This document shows, one piece after another, positions 1 to 12,220 of a stretch of DNA of 64,000 bases (positions are counted from its first letter, which is position 1; each line of letters begins with the position of its first letter). Source of the stretch: Chiloscyllium plagiosum (taxonomy: Eukaryota); NCBI RefSeq assembly GCF_004010195.1, contig NC_057718.1, positions 100,961,637 through 101,025,636 of the forward strand, given 5' to 3'. The notes beneath the pieces were generated by a model. The model did not search any database and was not told where the DNA came from. It worked only from the letters and a program-made list of their open reading frames with translations. Both the position numbers and the translations under genes were made by a program.

Positions 1-385
1 GTCAAGGTTAGGAATGACTCCGGTTGGTGGCAAGGAGCAGTGGAAAGGAAGGGGAGGGGCTGGGAAGGGAGTAGGGAGATGGGAATTTCAAATAACTACC
101 CTTCCCAGTCGCTCCCCCTCCCTTCCACTCCTCCCAGCGACCAACTAGGTCCATTCCTCCCATTGACCAACAAGGTCGAACCCTCTCTACCTGTCTTCAC
201 CTATCCTCACTTCACCACCCTGTCCCTCCTCCCCCCCCTCCCCTCCACCCCACTNAACCCACTCTGTTTATCTGCAACTCACCCTACACCCACCCCAGTC
301 CCAAAGAAAGGTTACAACTGAAACATCTCCACCTCCTGATGCTGCCTGGCTCACTGGGTTCTTCCAGCCTCCTGCTTGTCTATTG
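1..385 (+). mobile_element. Penelope-like element remnant (family C 3' end) with inverted repeat
   Basis: About 1-70 is an imperfect inverted copy of about 98-168. 300-385 matches the pLTR at 44860-44945 (ctccacctcctgatgctgcctgg...cttccagcctcctgc) and has a degenerate hammerhead. Confidence 0.6.
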
Positions 386-874
386 TAGATTGATGTACCA
401 TCCTTCACCCTCAATTCATCCACATGCAAAATTCTAAGAGTCCTCACCTTGTTGGCACTAACTTTCATTGACGTTTGATAGCACTGACCAGCACTAGGTT
501 CTGATCCCTCAGTCCATCGCATTTAACGTCCTCATGCTTGTATTTTAGATTTTCTGTGGTCTCACCCCTTTCTGTCTTTATAATCGGTCCCACCAATACT
601 AACCTTTTCTTCCATCTTTTTCACTCAGCACTCCCTCTTCTCTGCTTTTCTGATCCAAATCATCTTTGTATCCTGCACTTCATCCCTTGATCAGAGTTTT
701 TAAAATTTATTTGATTTATTATCATGTGTGCCTAAGTATGTTGAAAAGCTTTGTTTGTGAGCAGTATAGGCAGATCATAGAAAGCAAGGACATACAGATC
801 ATAGGGTGGAAAAAAAAGCTTGGACAGAGGCATACAGGCTACACTGTGCAGGGTGTGCAGTGGACAAGAGCAAC

Positions 875-996
875 ATTCCTGAAGAAGGGCTTATGCCCGA
901 AACGTTGATTTTCCTGTTCCTTTGATGCTGCCTGACCTGCTGTGCTTTTCCAGCAACACATTTTTAAGCTCTGATCTGCAGTCCTCACTTTCTCCT
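875..996 (+). mobile_element. Short PLE family A pLTR insert with hammerhead core
   Basis: ctgaaga-a-gggcttatgccc-gaaa-cgtt at 879-906. Matches the 3' end of the GIY-YIG-bearing copy at 8123-8740. Degenerate TSD acaagagcaacatt/acaagatcagcatt. Confidence 0.8.
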
Positions 997-1104
997 ACAA
1001 GATCAGCATTGGCAAGATCAACATTATTTGAAGTTAGAGAGTCCATTCACCTGTCTGATAACGGCTGGGAAGAAGCTGTTCCTGAAACTGCTGGTGCTTG
1101 GTGA

Positions 1105-1291
1105 TGGAAAAGCACAGCAGGTCAGGCAGCATCTGAGGAGCAGGAGAATCAAAGTTTTGGGCCATAGCCCTTCATCAGGAAACAGCTTATGCCTGAAACG
1201 TCGATACTCTTGCTCCTCGGATGCTGCCTGACCTGCTGTGCTTTTCCAGTAACACACTCTTGAGCCTGCATCTGTAATCCTCACTTTCTCC
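1105..1291. mobile_element. Fold-back PLE family A element
   Basis: Arm 1105-1180 is the reverse complement of arm ~1185-1248. Flanked by gatggaa on both sides. Confidence 0.8.
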
Positions 1292-2622
1292 GGATGGAAG
1301 AGGTTGTAGGAGAGCATTGCCGGGGTTTGATGGGACTTTGATGATGTTGGTGGCATTTCTGTGGCAAGAAGCTGTGTAAATAGAGTCTGTGGGTGGAAGT
1401 TTGGCTTCCATGATAGATGGGCTGTGCGCATCACCTTCTCTCGGTTCTTATGGTCCTGGGCAGAGCAGTTGCTGCACCAGGCCGTTATACCACCCAGACA
1501 GTATGCTTTCTGTTATGCGTCTGTTGTAGTTTCAGGTGCTTTGAAAGGTATTGACCACAGCATGGTACCTTTTTGCATCTACTTTGAGCTTTTAACTTGC
1601 TTGCGATATGCTGTACATCTCTATGACTCTATTTGACTTGACATTCTGTCTCCTTGCATCTTCCTATTGAGTTGTCGTGTAGAGGAGGGAGCCAATGGCA
1701 GTAATCAAGCACTGTTGTGAAGTTTTAAAGAAGAAACCCTCTGTCGGTAATGATTGACTGAACAAGACATGGAAGCAGTTGCAGCATCCAGCCTGGATAA
1801 ATAGAAGAGGAGGTTAATGGCTTTCTATAGCGGGGGAGTAAAACTGACCCTGGAGTTCCAAACCCACTCATTATCAGCAGAATCTTGGCAGAGGTCAAAA
1901 CTCTCAGCGTGATTTGCCACAGGCTAGTCGAATCAGGCAAGTTCCCAAATTTCTAAAATGTTGGAACTCTCGTTTGGCTGCTTTTGTTTCTTTTGTGCAG
2001 ATCCCCTTGTGATGTTCAGTGACATTCCCATAGCTTGAAAAAAAAATACGAGGCGGCACGATAATTATGTCATGGGTTCACAATGTGGAAATTATTACTG
2101 ACTCAGTAAGTGGAGAAGGGATTGAGCACCCGAAGGTTAAATTTTTGTACTAAAGATCACAAAATTCTAACTACAAAGAGCTTTGGACTCCAAAGTGAAA
2201 TTTACACTCTGAAGTGTAAGCGGCCCTCTCTCAGTCATGAAAAGAAAATGAATTTCTAAGCTTGCCAGATGTGTACAATGTCAATGTAGAACTTGAATTA
2301 GTGCAAAGTAAAGTAAGTTGTCAGAGAGAATTTTTTTTTACTTGATTAAGATAATTGTGTATTTTTATGATCATTACTGGAGTGAAACAGGGCCCTTAAT
2401 TTGAGAACATTAAATGCTCCAATTTCACCCTTTTGGGACACCGATCATTTGATGCAAACTTGCAGTTTGACCACAGAAGCTAAGACTCCTGCTGTAATGC
2501 CCTGTATATCTTAATAGATCAGTCAACATTCTTCAGAGGCTAGGAATTCTTCAGCGAGTAACTTACATCCTAACTCCCCAAAGCCTACCTAAAATCTGCA
2601 GGAAGTATGATGGAATACTCTT

Positions 2623-3344
2623 AGTTAAAAATCACACAGTACCAGGTTATAGTCCAACAGGCTTAATTGGAAGCACACTAGCTTTCGGAGCGTCGCTCCT
2701 TCATCAGGTGGTAGTGGAGGGCTCAATCCTAACACACGGAATTTATAGCAAAAATTTACAGTGTGATGTAACTGAAATTATACATTGAAAAATTGATTGT
2801 CTGTTAAGCCTTTCATCTGTTAGAATACAGTGATAGTTTCACTTCTTTCATGTGTAAATCACAAAACCCTTTTTTTTAAAGTTGCATTCTTGGGTTAGCT
2901 GTTAATAATGGTGATAGCTAGACAATATGTCGAAGGTGTTAGCCCCCTGTGTAAGTCTGTGAAGGGGTGCATGTGTGAGTGTGGGAATGTGTGTGTCTGT
3001 AAGAGTATGTGTGGGTGTCTGTGTATAGGAGTGCCTGTGTATGTGTGAGCGTGTGTGTGTGTGTGTGTGTGTAGGAGTATCTGTGTGTGTGTGTATAGTG
3101 CAATGGTGGTCACCTGTAATGTGACATGAACCCAAGGTCTTGGTTGAGGCCCTCCCTATGGGTACCGAACTTAGCTATCAGCCTCTGCTCGGCCACTTTT
3201 CGCTGCTGCCAGTCCCGATGTCCGCCTTGGGAGGATGGTCACCTGAAGGTCCGAGGTCAAATGTCCTGGACCACTGAAGTGTTCCCCGACTGGAAGGGAA
3301 CACTCCTGTCTGTTGATTGTTGTGCGGTGTCCATTGTCATAGTC
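2623..3344 (-). mobile_element. Penelope-like element family B, 5'-truncated, with GIY-YIG C-terminus and intact hammerhead
   Basis: 12-bp TSD tggaatactctt (2611-2622, 3345-3356). Minus strand reads RTTINRQECSLPVGEHFSGPGH...QRLIAKFGTHREGLNQDLGFMSHYR*. GT-rich 3' UTR. Confidence 0.9.
2676..2710 (-). ncRNA. Minimal type I hammerhead ribozyme motif (PLE family B)
   Basis: Reverse complement: cac CUGAUGA a ggagc gac gcucc GAAA gc UA gug. Stems I and II pair perfectly; stem III is the palindrome AGCU. Confidence 0.75.
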
Positions 3345-3571
3345 TGGAATACTCTTGGCTTCCTAGATGGGTACAGCTCTAACACTCAAGAAACTCAATG
3401 TCATCCAGGACAAAGCAGCTCATTTGATTGGCACAACGTTCACTCCCTTAAAGGTCCAGCCTAATGCACAGTGGCAGCACAGTACCATCTCCCAGGTGCA
3501 TGTAGCAACCTGCCAAAATTCCTTTGGCAGCACCTTGAAAACCCACAATCTCTACCACTTAGAAGCACAAC

Positions 3572-3926
3572 AGCAACATGGTGGCTCAGTGGCTAGCACT
3601 GCTGTCTCATAGCGCCAGGGACCCAGGTTCAATTCCAGCCTCGGGTGACTGTCTGTGTGGAGTTTGCACATTCTCCGTGACTTTATGGATTTCTTTTGGG
3701 TGCTCTGGTTTTCTCCCACAATCCAGAGATGTGCAGGTTAGGTGGATTAACCATGCTGAATTACCCCATAGTGTTAACGGATGTGTAGGTTAGGTGGATT
3801 AGCCATAGGGAATGCAGGGCTTCAGGAATTGGATAGCGGGGGGGTGAGTCTGAGTGGGATGCTTTTCGGAGAGTCAGTGTAGACCTGTTGGGCCAAATGG
3901 CCTGTTTTCTCACTGTTGGGATTCCA
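3572..3926 (+). mobile_element. HE1-type tRNA-derived V-SINE
   Basis: A box tggctcagtgg, B box ggttcaattcc, V-domain gtggagtttgcacattctcc, CR1-like tail. Confidence 0.9.
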
Positions 3927-5009
3927 GAAAAAATGCATTGGAACACCATCCGGTTCCCCTCCAAGCCACACACATCCTGACTTGGAAATATATCGCTAAT
4001 GCTTCACGGTCACTGGAACTCCCTTTGTTAGAGCACTGTGGATGCCCCTATCCCAGGGAGACTGCAGCGGTTCAAGAAGGCAGCTCACTATGACCTTCTT
4101 AAGCTCAATTAAAGATAGACAATAACAGCTGCGCTGGCCAGTGACACTCACATCAGTGAAAGAATTTATAAAAATCAGCTCAACAGTGGACTTGTAGGTC
4201 ATGGCACACGATAACCGCCGATTGTGAAAATCATGTTATGAAAAGAGACAGCACTTTCTGGGGAGCTGAAGAGAAAGCTGCAAAAGAATCTTGAGAATTT
4301 TGGGCTGAGGATCTGCTTTACCATGCTAACATTAATGCGGAGTTCTTGAGAGTTCGCCTTCAAATCCATGCTAATCCTGGTTTAGCTGTGCTGTAACACA
4401 GCTGTTATATAGTCTTCACAGAAGTGAGACACACTTGAGATGAAAAACTGACTTCCTTAATTAAGTTAATTTATTTTAAAACTGCAGTATGTCAGGAGAG
4501 GACAAAGTCTTCGACTGTTTTGTATTGCTTCTTTTTTGAGTTAATATTTTTTTACAGACACCAGGCACGAGTGTGATAGGCTGAGTGAGATTAATCTCAA
4601 CTATTCACCGCTGTGTGGAGGTTCATTTTAAGATTACTATTTGCCCAGTTTTATCCCAGACAATCCGCTTCTCAGCTGGTCTGTCCCCTGTTTATTACCA
4701 GACATCTTTTATGTCCTGCACTTTTGTTTTGAAATCATTAATCCCACTGCTGCTAAAACTGGTCCTGAGTCTCACAGTTGTGTCAGCTGTGCTCTGTCAG
4801 TGGCTCTTGTTCCTCAGTGTTCAGGCTTGCACAGAGTTCCATCCCTACACTCAAGCCTGAGTATGTCATTTTGTACTTTCCCCCATGGTGTTATCCTATC
4901 TGACCCCATAACCTCCTCACCTTTTTTTTGCATCCTTATTCACTTCCAGCCTTGCAATGGACTTCAGCTGCAATGCTTGTTCCAAATTATGTCCATTTGG
5001 CTTTAATGT

Positions 5010-6005
5010 AGTAGAAACATAGGAATTAGGAGGGGGAGTAGGCCATTCAGCCCTTCAGTCCTGCTTTGCCATTCCATATGGCTGGTTCTGTATCTTAACA
5101 TCATATTCTTGCTTTGCCCTCAACCCCTTCATGTCTTGAACATTTTTAAAGAAATTATGAATCTCTTTCTTAAGTATATACAGTGACCTGACCTTCAGTG
5201 GTAGTGAATTCCACAGGTTGACCACTTTCTGAGTGAATAAATATTTTCTCCTTTCACTCTCAAATAGTCTCCCCGAGATTGAGACACCTGGTTTGGGACT
5301 CCCTCAGCAGGGGGAACATCCTCCCTGCATCTCGTCTGTCCAGCCCTGTTAAAATTTTATGCATTTCAGTCTGATCCCCCTCTCATCCTTCTGATCTCAA
5401 GTGAATACAGTTCCGGCTGAAACAATCCCTCCTCGTAGAATAGTCCTAGTCATAGAATCATAGAGATGTACAGCATGGAAACAAAACCTTCGGCCCAACC
5501 CGTCCATGCCGACCAATATCCCAACCCAATCTAGTCCCACCTGCCAGCACCCGGCCCATATNNNNNNNNNNNNNNNNNNNNNNNNNNNNNNNNNNNNNNN
5601 NNNNNNNNNNNNNNNNNNNNNNNNNNNNNNNNNNTCAAACTCTCCCTATAGCTCAAATCCTCCAACCCTGGCAACATCCTTGTAAATCTTTTCTGAACCC
5701 TTTCAAGTTTCACAACATCTTTCCGATAGGAAGGAGCCCAGAATTGTACGCAATATTCCAACAGTGGCTTGACCAATGTCCTGTACAGCCGCAACATGAC
5801 CTCCCAATTCCTGTACTCAATACTCTGACCAATAAAGGAAAGCATATCAAACACCTTCTTCACTATCCTATCTACTGTCCCATATATCAGCTGAGTGAAC
5901 CTCAGCTGCACTCCATTATGACAAGTCTATTTTTTCTTCGATAGGGAGATGAAAGTTGCACACACTACTCCAGGTATGGCTTACCAAAGCCCTGTATAAC
6001 TGAAT
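5010..6005 (-). mobile_element. Older CR1 LINE 3' end (fam 2), interrupted by a younger CR1
   Basis: Tail motif ataggaattagg...gtaggccattcagccc; the sequence resumes after 5877. Confidence 0.7.
5449..5877 (-). mobile_element. Young CR1 LINE (HER1-like) 3' fragment, contains an N gap
   Basis: ORF LRLYRTLVKPLLEYCVQFWAPSYRKDVVKLERVQKRFTRMLPGL; characteristic tail; Ns at 5562-5634. Confidence 0.9.
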
Positions 6006-6063
6006 CTTGGCCTCAACTGCCCTTCCCTGCCCTCTCCCCATAACCCTGTAATCCATTACTCAA

Positions 6064-6428
6064 GAGGAGGTGATGGCCTAGTGATGATTGCCTGACTGTT
6101 AATCTGGGGATCCATGTTCTGGAGTCTGTGGTTCAAATCCCACCACGGTAGATGCTGGAATTTGAATCCAAATAAAATGGAATCCAAATAATTAGGAATC
6201 TAATGATGATCATATGATGAACAGCATCAATTATTGGGGGAAAAAAAAATTTGGTTCTCTAATGTCCTTTAGGAAAAGAAACTGCAATCCTGATCTGGTC
6301 TGGCCTACATGTGACTCCAGACACAGCAGTGTAGTTAACTCTGAACTACTGTCTGGGTAATTAGAGATGGGCAATAAATGCTGGCCTAACCAGTGATGTT
6401 CTCATGTCACGAATTAATTTTAAAAAAA
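6064..6428 (+). mobile_element. tRNA-derived SINE family 2 with CR1 fam-3 tail, inserted in a CR1 fam-2 remnant (~6005-6680, -)
   Basis: Head tggcctagtg / ggttcaaatccc; core tggtctggcctacatgtgactccaga; tail gatgggcaataaatgctggcc. Confidence 0.75.
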
Positions 6429-6769
6429 CTATCTCCTTAAATTTATTCAGTCTTCTGGCATCTACCACATTCTGATGTCGTGAATTCCACAGATTCACGA
6501 CCACGTGAGACAATAAATTGCTTCTGATCTTCGCCACGCCTTAGCCTAAAACTGTGACCTCTCCTTCGATATCCTCCCACAAGAGGAAACATCTACTTTG
6601 TCAATCCCTTTAGCACTTTGTACATGTCCACTCCTGTCACTCTTCTTTTGAACTCTTGCAATAAAGGCCAGTACACCATTGGTCTTCCACCAGTTTATTG
6701 TGTAGGTTGATCAGTCCTAACTTCCATCAGTGACCACTCTGAGGTTCAAGCAATTTGCATTATTAATAG

Positions 6770-6965
6770 AGTAAGTTGTGTGAAGACCCTTGACAGGAGT
6801 GGACATCAGGCAAAAATAGACACCCAGCTAAGGAAGGAGACATCGGGATAAGTGACTGAACATTTGAGCAAAGAAGCAGATTTTAAACTATGTCTCAGAA
6901 AAAGATAGGGAGACATTGGGGAGGCAATTGCAGAGCTGACAGGGTCTCTGCAGCTGCAGGCTTCC
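6770..6965 (-). mobile_element. Decayed L2-like LINE 3' fragment
   Basis: Resembles 32690-33040 and the reverse complement of 63380-63580. Confidence 0.45.
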
Positions 6966-8122
6966 TTGATTTGAATTTCGTGTCATTAGACTAATTACAT
7001 TAATTTATTTAATATATGCAGTAGTGGATTAGGTGAACCAGTTTGATCCTAAAAGTGTTAACACCCATAAAATTCGTAACTTCTAATGAGCTTCATTAAT
7101 TTCTTCATTTGCACTCCTCTTTAGCTGACAGTATGTTCACTTTCTGCTTCTATTATTTACTTGTGGTCAACATTTTGTTTCCACAATGGGCTCATTTTCC
7201 ATGTAATTTGAAACGAACTGAAGAATGAAGTGTTAACATTTTAACCATTACCTCTTCAGTTCAATTCCGTGTTAGTTTGCTCTGAAGGTACTCGCGCTGG
7301 GGGTACAGTTAACATAAGAACGAGGAATAACAGTAAGCCATTTAGTCCCTCCAGCATGCTCCACCATTTAATATGATCATGGTTGATCTTATCTCAGACT
7401 CAACTCCAGTTTTCTACCCACTCCCCATAACCCTTTAACACATTACTCATTAAAAATTGCCGTGTCCCCTCTGTAAATTTATTCTGTGTCCACCATACAC
7501 CAGGTAATCAATTGCACAGAATCACATCCATTTGAGGGAAATAATTTCTCCTCATTTCTGTTCTAAATCTGCCACTCCTAAAACAATGAACTCTCATTCT
7601 AGATTGCTCCACAAAAGGAAACATCCTTCCTATATCTACTTCGTAAATCCCCTTAAGCATCTTGTATACCTCAATTAAATAGAGTCATAGAGTACAGCAC
7701 AGAAACAGACCTTTCGGCCAGACCATCCGTGCCAACCGGATATCTTAAGTTAATCTAGTCCCACCTGCCAGCACCCGTCCCATATCCCTCTAACCCATCC
7801 AGATGCCTTTTAACTGTTGTAATTGTACCAGCCTCCGCCACTTCCTCTGGCAGCACATTCCATACACACACCACCCTCTGCATGAACAAGTTGCACCTTG
7901 GGTCTTTTTTAAATCTTTCCCCTCCCACCTTAAACCTATGCCCTCTAGTTCTGGACTCCCCCACCCCAGGGAAAAGACCTTATCTTTTTATCCTATGCAT
8001 GCCCCTCATGATTTTATAAACCTCTATAAGGTTACCCTTCAGCCTCCGACGCTCCAGGGAAAACAATCCCAGCTTATTCAGCCTCTCCCTGGAGCTCAAA
8101 CCTTCCAACCCTGACAACATCC

Positions 8123-8740
8123 GCTGCACCTGATGTCGCCTCCTATACACTGGGGAGACAGGCCGCCTACTTGCAGAACGTTGCAGAGAACACCTCTGGG
8201 ACACCTGGACCAACCAACCCAACCGCCCTGTGGCTGAACACTTTAACTCCCCCTCCCACTCCACCAAGGACATGCAGGTCCTTGGCCTCTTCCATCACCA
8301 GACCATAGCAACACGACGCCTGGAGGAAGAGCGCCTCACCTTCCGCCTAGGAACCCTCCAACCACAAGGGATGAATGCAGATTTCTCCAGCTTTCTCATT
8401 TCCCCTCCCCCCACCTTTTCTCAGTCCCAACCCTCAGACTCAGCACCGCCTTCTTGACCTGCAATCTTCTTCCCGACCTGTCCACCCCCACCCCCTCTCT
8501 GGCCTATCACCCTCACCTTAACCTCCTTCCACCTATCGTATTCCCAACGCCCCTTCCCCAAGTCCCTCCTCCCTATCTTTTATCTTAGCCTGCTTGGCAC
8601 GCCCTCCTCATTCCTGAAGAAGGGCTTATGCCCGAAACGTCGATTCTCCTGCTCCTTTGATGCTGCCTGACCTGCTGCACTTTTCCAGCAACACATTTTT
8701 AAGCTCTGATCTCCAGCATCTGCAGTCCTCATTTTCTCCT
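8123..8740 (+). mobile_element. Penelope-like element family A: GIY-YIG fragment, 3' UTR and pLTR
   Basis: TSD aacatcc (8116-8122, 8741-8747). Peptide LYTGETGRLLAERCREHL...PVAEHFNSPSHS...FRLGTLQPQGMN. Hammerhead at 8614-8641. Confidence 0.9.
8611..8644 (+). ncRNA. Minimal hammerhead ribozyme motif (PLE family A)
   Basis: uuc CUGAAGA a gggc uuau gccc GAAA cg UC gau. Palindromic ACGU stem III; stem I is weak (2 bp). Confidence 0.6.
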
Positions 8741-9524
8741 AACATCCTTGTAAATCTTTTCTAAACCCTTTCAACATCCTTCTGACAGCAAGGAGACCAA
8801 AATTAGATGCAATGTTCTTAACGTGGCCTAACCAATGACCTGTACAGCCGTAACATGACCTCCCAACTCCTATACTCAGTGCTGTGACCAATAAAGAAAA
8901 GCATACCAAACAACTTCATCACTATCCTGTCTACCTGTGACTCCACTTTCAAGGAGCTATGAACCTGCACTCCAAGATCCCTTTTTTCAGCAACACTTCC
9001 CAGGACCTTACCATTAAGTGTATAAGTCATGTTCTGATTTTCCTTTCCAAAATGCAGCACCTTGCATTTATCTAAATTAAACTCCTCAGCCCATTGGCCC
9101 ATCTGATCAAGAGCCCATTGTAATGTGAGGTAATCTTCTTCACTGTCCATTACACCTCCAATTATGGTGTCATCTCCAAACTGACTAACCATACCTCCTA
9201 TGTTCATATCCAAATAATTTATTTAAATGATGAAAAGCAGTGGACCCAGCATCGATCCCTAAACTCTTGTGAGTAAGACCCATCTTGCCTTATAAGATAA
9301 GCCTTGCATCTCTGGAATTAATCACATGAACATTCTCTGAACTACGTCAAGCATCCTGCCTCAGAAAAAGGAACCACAACGGTGGGCACTACTTCAGATG
9401 CGGTCTCACAAATGCCTGATACAATTGCTACGTCACTTCCATAGTTCCGCAGGCAATGGTAACCCTTGTGTATGTGGCTATATATCAGGTCAGACTGAAC
9501 AATGAGTTGCAGTGGAATCACCTA

Positions 9525-9752
9525 CAGGGTGATCTGGTATAACACGATGATTGCGTTCCTCTGCAAATCTGTGCTATAGAAAATAGCGGTATTGAAAACC
9601 GCCATAGAAAATCACACTTTCATTGATCACTATAGAAAATCGCGATACCCATTCAGCAGAAAGCTTGCATTGTCCAAACAGTGCCCACAATTCATTAGTC
9701 GTGTTACAGCCAATTGGTGTTGATGAAACACTAGATATACCAGAACAATCTG
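9525..9752. mobile_element. Tc1/mariner-Tigger-like MITE
   Basis: TA on both sides. Imperfect TIRs: cagggtgatctggtataac on the left, cagattgttctggtatatc (reverse complement) on the right. Internal tagaaaat repeats. Confidence 0.6.
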
Positions 9753-10287
9753 TACTTAATAAGGAACCAAAATTAAATGGTGTCTTTGCCTGCCCATGCG
9801 CGCTTCACTATAGCTCACTGGATCTAACCCGTGGTGGGGGAATGGGGAATATGTTTTGTTATTTTGGTCAGTGGTGAACCTGAAGAAGTGATTCTGCATG
9901 CATTAGATTTTGCCTTTGACTATGGGGCCTTTAAAAGGCTGAGACAAGTGAGTCTTGCACCTGATTTGTTCAAGATTGTGGTGCACGTTGGGCAATGTGT
10001 GCTCCTTTATGTTCCTGGCAGCCACCTACCCCACACTCTTTCCAGAAGGCAGTTGAGGCGAGAAGTTGGCTGAAAATTCCGGAATCCGAGAGGGCTATGT
10101 TTTCTTTCCGAGCCAGGAATTGTAGAACCAAGGTGGGTAAATGGTGAACCAATCAGCCATAATCCAATCATGGCAGGAACAGGCCGGAAAGGCGCATGAG
10201 TGGATGGGTGCTCTTGTAGGTCATCAGATCATCCATGATCTCTTTGAATGGCAGAGCAGACTTGATGGGCCAAATGGCCTCCCTTTC

Positions 10288-10410
10288 GGAGAAAGTTAGG
10301 ACTGTTGATGCTGGAGATCAGGAGGGCCTTATGGCCGAAATGTCGATTCTCCTGCTCCTTGGATGCTGCCTGACCTGCTGTGCTTTTCCAGCACCACGCT
10401 TTTTGACTCT
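10288..10410. mobile_element. PLE family A fragment (inverted plus direct pLTR pieces) after a CR1 fam-2 tail
   Basis: ggagaaagttaggactg...ctggagatca followed by cttatggccgaaatgtcgattctcctgctcc. Confidence 0.7.
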
Positions 10411-11514
10411 TTCCATTCCTCTGTCTAATGGTCTTATGGAAAGGCCTCTTCCTGTTCCTATAGTGCATCAAATTGGACACACATTGGAGAGATCACATCT
10501 GAAAATTGTTTCTGTGATTTGCAGAATTGTCTTCTGAAAATTGGGATTTAACGTTGTTTGATCATGATAAAAGGTTGTCTCTCCTGACAGTGAGCTGTAA
10601 TTAGGAACGTGTGTGGATGAATTCATACCCTCCAGGGTAGACTGGATCTTGAATGTACTACAAGATCCTCTTCATCTGATTCCTTTTATTTGGAAGTTAA
10701 CATTTGCTAATTTAGGTTTGTTCATGTTTGAAAGAGATTATGGAATCACTTGGAGGGAAAATGATGATGCAGCATGCATTAAATGGTTTGATGGTGAAAA
10801 TGGATAAGTCTTGTGTCAGTCATGGTCCAAGCAACATAAGCATTTCACATTATCAAGGTTAGCTTTTAAGTGTGTCAAAAGATGTCCCATTTTTTGGAAA
10901 CTTGATGCAGCTTAATATTTAATTTATTGATGCTGTGTGAAAGGAGTTGGGTAAGGACATTTTATTGCTTTGAACGCACTGAGATGCAGCAGTAGGCTTC
11001 CACACAGTGTAATGACCTTCAAAAGATTTAATTATAATGGAGCACTCATTACAATGATCCCTCAATATTCCATTCCAGCTTGTTTTTTGCTACCCTGATG
11101 GCAATCTCGCTGTCTTTGCCTCAGACCTCTTGGCGTACATTTGAAAATGGCAGTGCTAAATCAATAAACCAAAGCCGGGGGTTGAGTGGAACATGTAGAA
11201 CATGTATGTCACTTGACGAGGTAGGTAAGTATTTATTTTGTACAGAGGGAAAGACAGCCATTGGAGCACTTGGCAGAGCTGGTGTAAAGCTGAGACTTAG
11301 ACATTGCTTTCTGTTTTAGTTTATCTGTGCTTGAGGTCCGTAGTCTTGTGAATTGATATGTTACTCTCGTTCCTTCTCCATTAGAGCTACTTATACATTT
11401 TTTTAAAAGTAGATTAAACATACCAACTACCATTGGACAACCAACCACGGTGCTTTTGTTCTCTGGATTAAACAGCAGATAATGACAGTGTGCAAGTCGG
11501 AAAGATATTTGATT

Positions 11515-11750
11515 TGTTTCACGCAGAGGGTGGTGTGCGTATGGAATGAGCTGCCAGGAGAAGTGGTAGAGGCTGGTATAATTACAACATTTAAAAGGCA
11601 ACTGGATGGATACATGAATACAAAAGGTGTAGAGGGATATGGGCCAAATGCTGGCAAATGGGATTAGATTCATTTTTCTGATAGGCATGGACAAGTTGGG
11701 CAGCAAGGTCTATTTCTGTGCTGTACATCTTTATAGTTCTATGACTCTGT
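11515..11750 (+). mobile_element. CR1 (HER1-like) 3' fragment
   Basis: FTQRVVCVWNELPGEVVEAG...FKRQLD; tail ctatgactct. Confidence 0.85.
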
Positions 11751-11964
11751 AATGTGGATGATACATTCTTCAGATTCACACGGGACTAAGCAACACCTCC
11801 ATTCCGGTATGATTCACACATGTATTGGGACATAATTTTACACCACAACATCTTTATAGTTCTATGACTCTGTAATGTGGATGATACATTCTTCCTTCAT
11901 TTTTCTGACTTTATATTCCATGTTTTGGTGTATTTTTCTGTGTTTTAAGATATTTCAAGAGTGA

Positions 11965-12100
11965 GTTTTGAGGAAGGGTCACCAGACCTGAAACATTAAC
12001 TCTGATTTCTCTCTGCAGATGCTGCCAGACCTACTGAGCTTTTCCAGCAACTTCTGTTTTTGTTTCTGATTTCCAGCAGTTGCAGTTCTTTCAGTTTTTA
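11965..12100 (+). mobile_element. PLE family E pLTR fragment with degenerate hammerhead
   Basis: ttgagga-a-gggtc accagacct-gaaa followed by gatgctgccagacctactgag. Related to 34885-35112. Confidence 0.6.
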
Positions 12101-12220
12101 TTTATGTTAACCTGTAATGGAGCAAACACTTTCTTCCCAATACCTTGTGCAAAACATCTGACTCTTTTAAGCTACCAGTGTTTAAAAATAATACTATTGT
12201 TACCTATATCCAAACTTTTT

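Larger units (their letters stand above)
700..1530 (-). mobile_element. Rex1/Babar LINE 3' fragment, interrupted by two PLE inserts
   Basis: Minus-strand peptide IYTASCHRNATNIIKVPSNPGNALLQPLPSG resembles the C-terminus of the element at 42196-44361, and the 3' UTR is similar. Confidence 0.7.
2500..4175 (+). mobile_element. Old CR1-type LINE 3' part (fam 3), split by a PLE and an HE1 SINE
   Basis: gatggaatactct...actcaagaaactcaatgtcatccaggacaaagcagc and the 3' tail at 3935-4175. Same family as 57310-58550 (-). Confidence 0.65.
7681..9260 (-). mobile_element. CR1 (HER1-like) RT/3' fragment, interrupted by a PLE
   Basis: ORFs VSQFGDDTIIGG...KCKVLHFG...EKRDLGVQVH and LERRRLKGNLIEVYKIMRG; 3' tail at 7681. 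Confidence 0.9.
7311..9430 (-). mobile_element. CR1 fam 2 remnant (7311-7680, 9261-9430) hosting a younger CR1
   Basis: Fam-2 tail at 7311. The sequence resumes collinearly after 9260. Confidence 0.65.
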
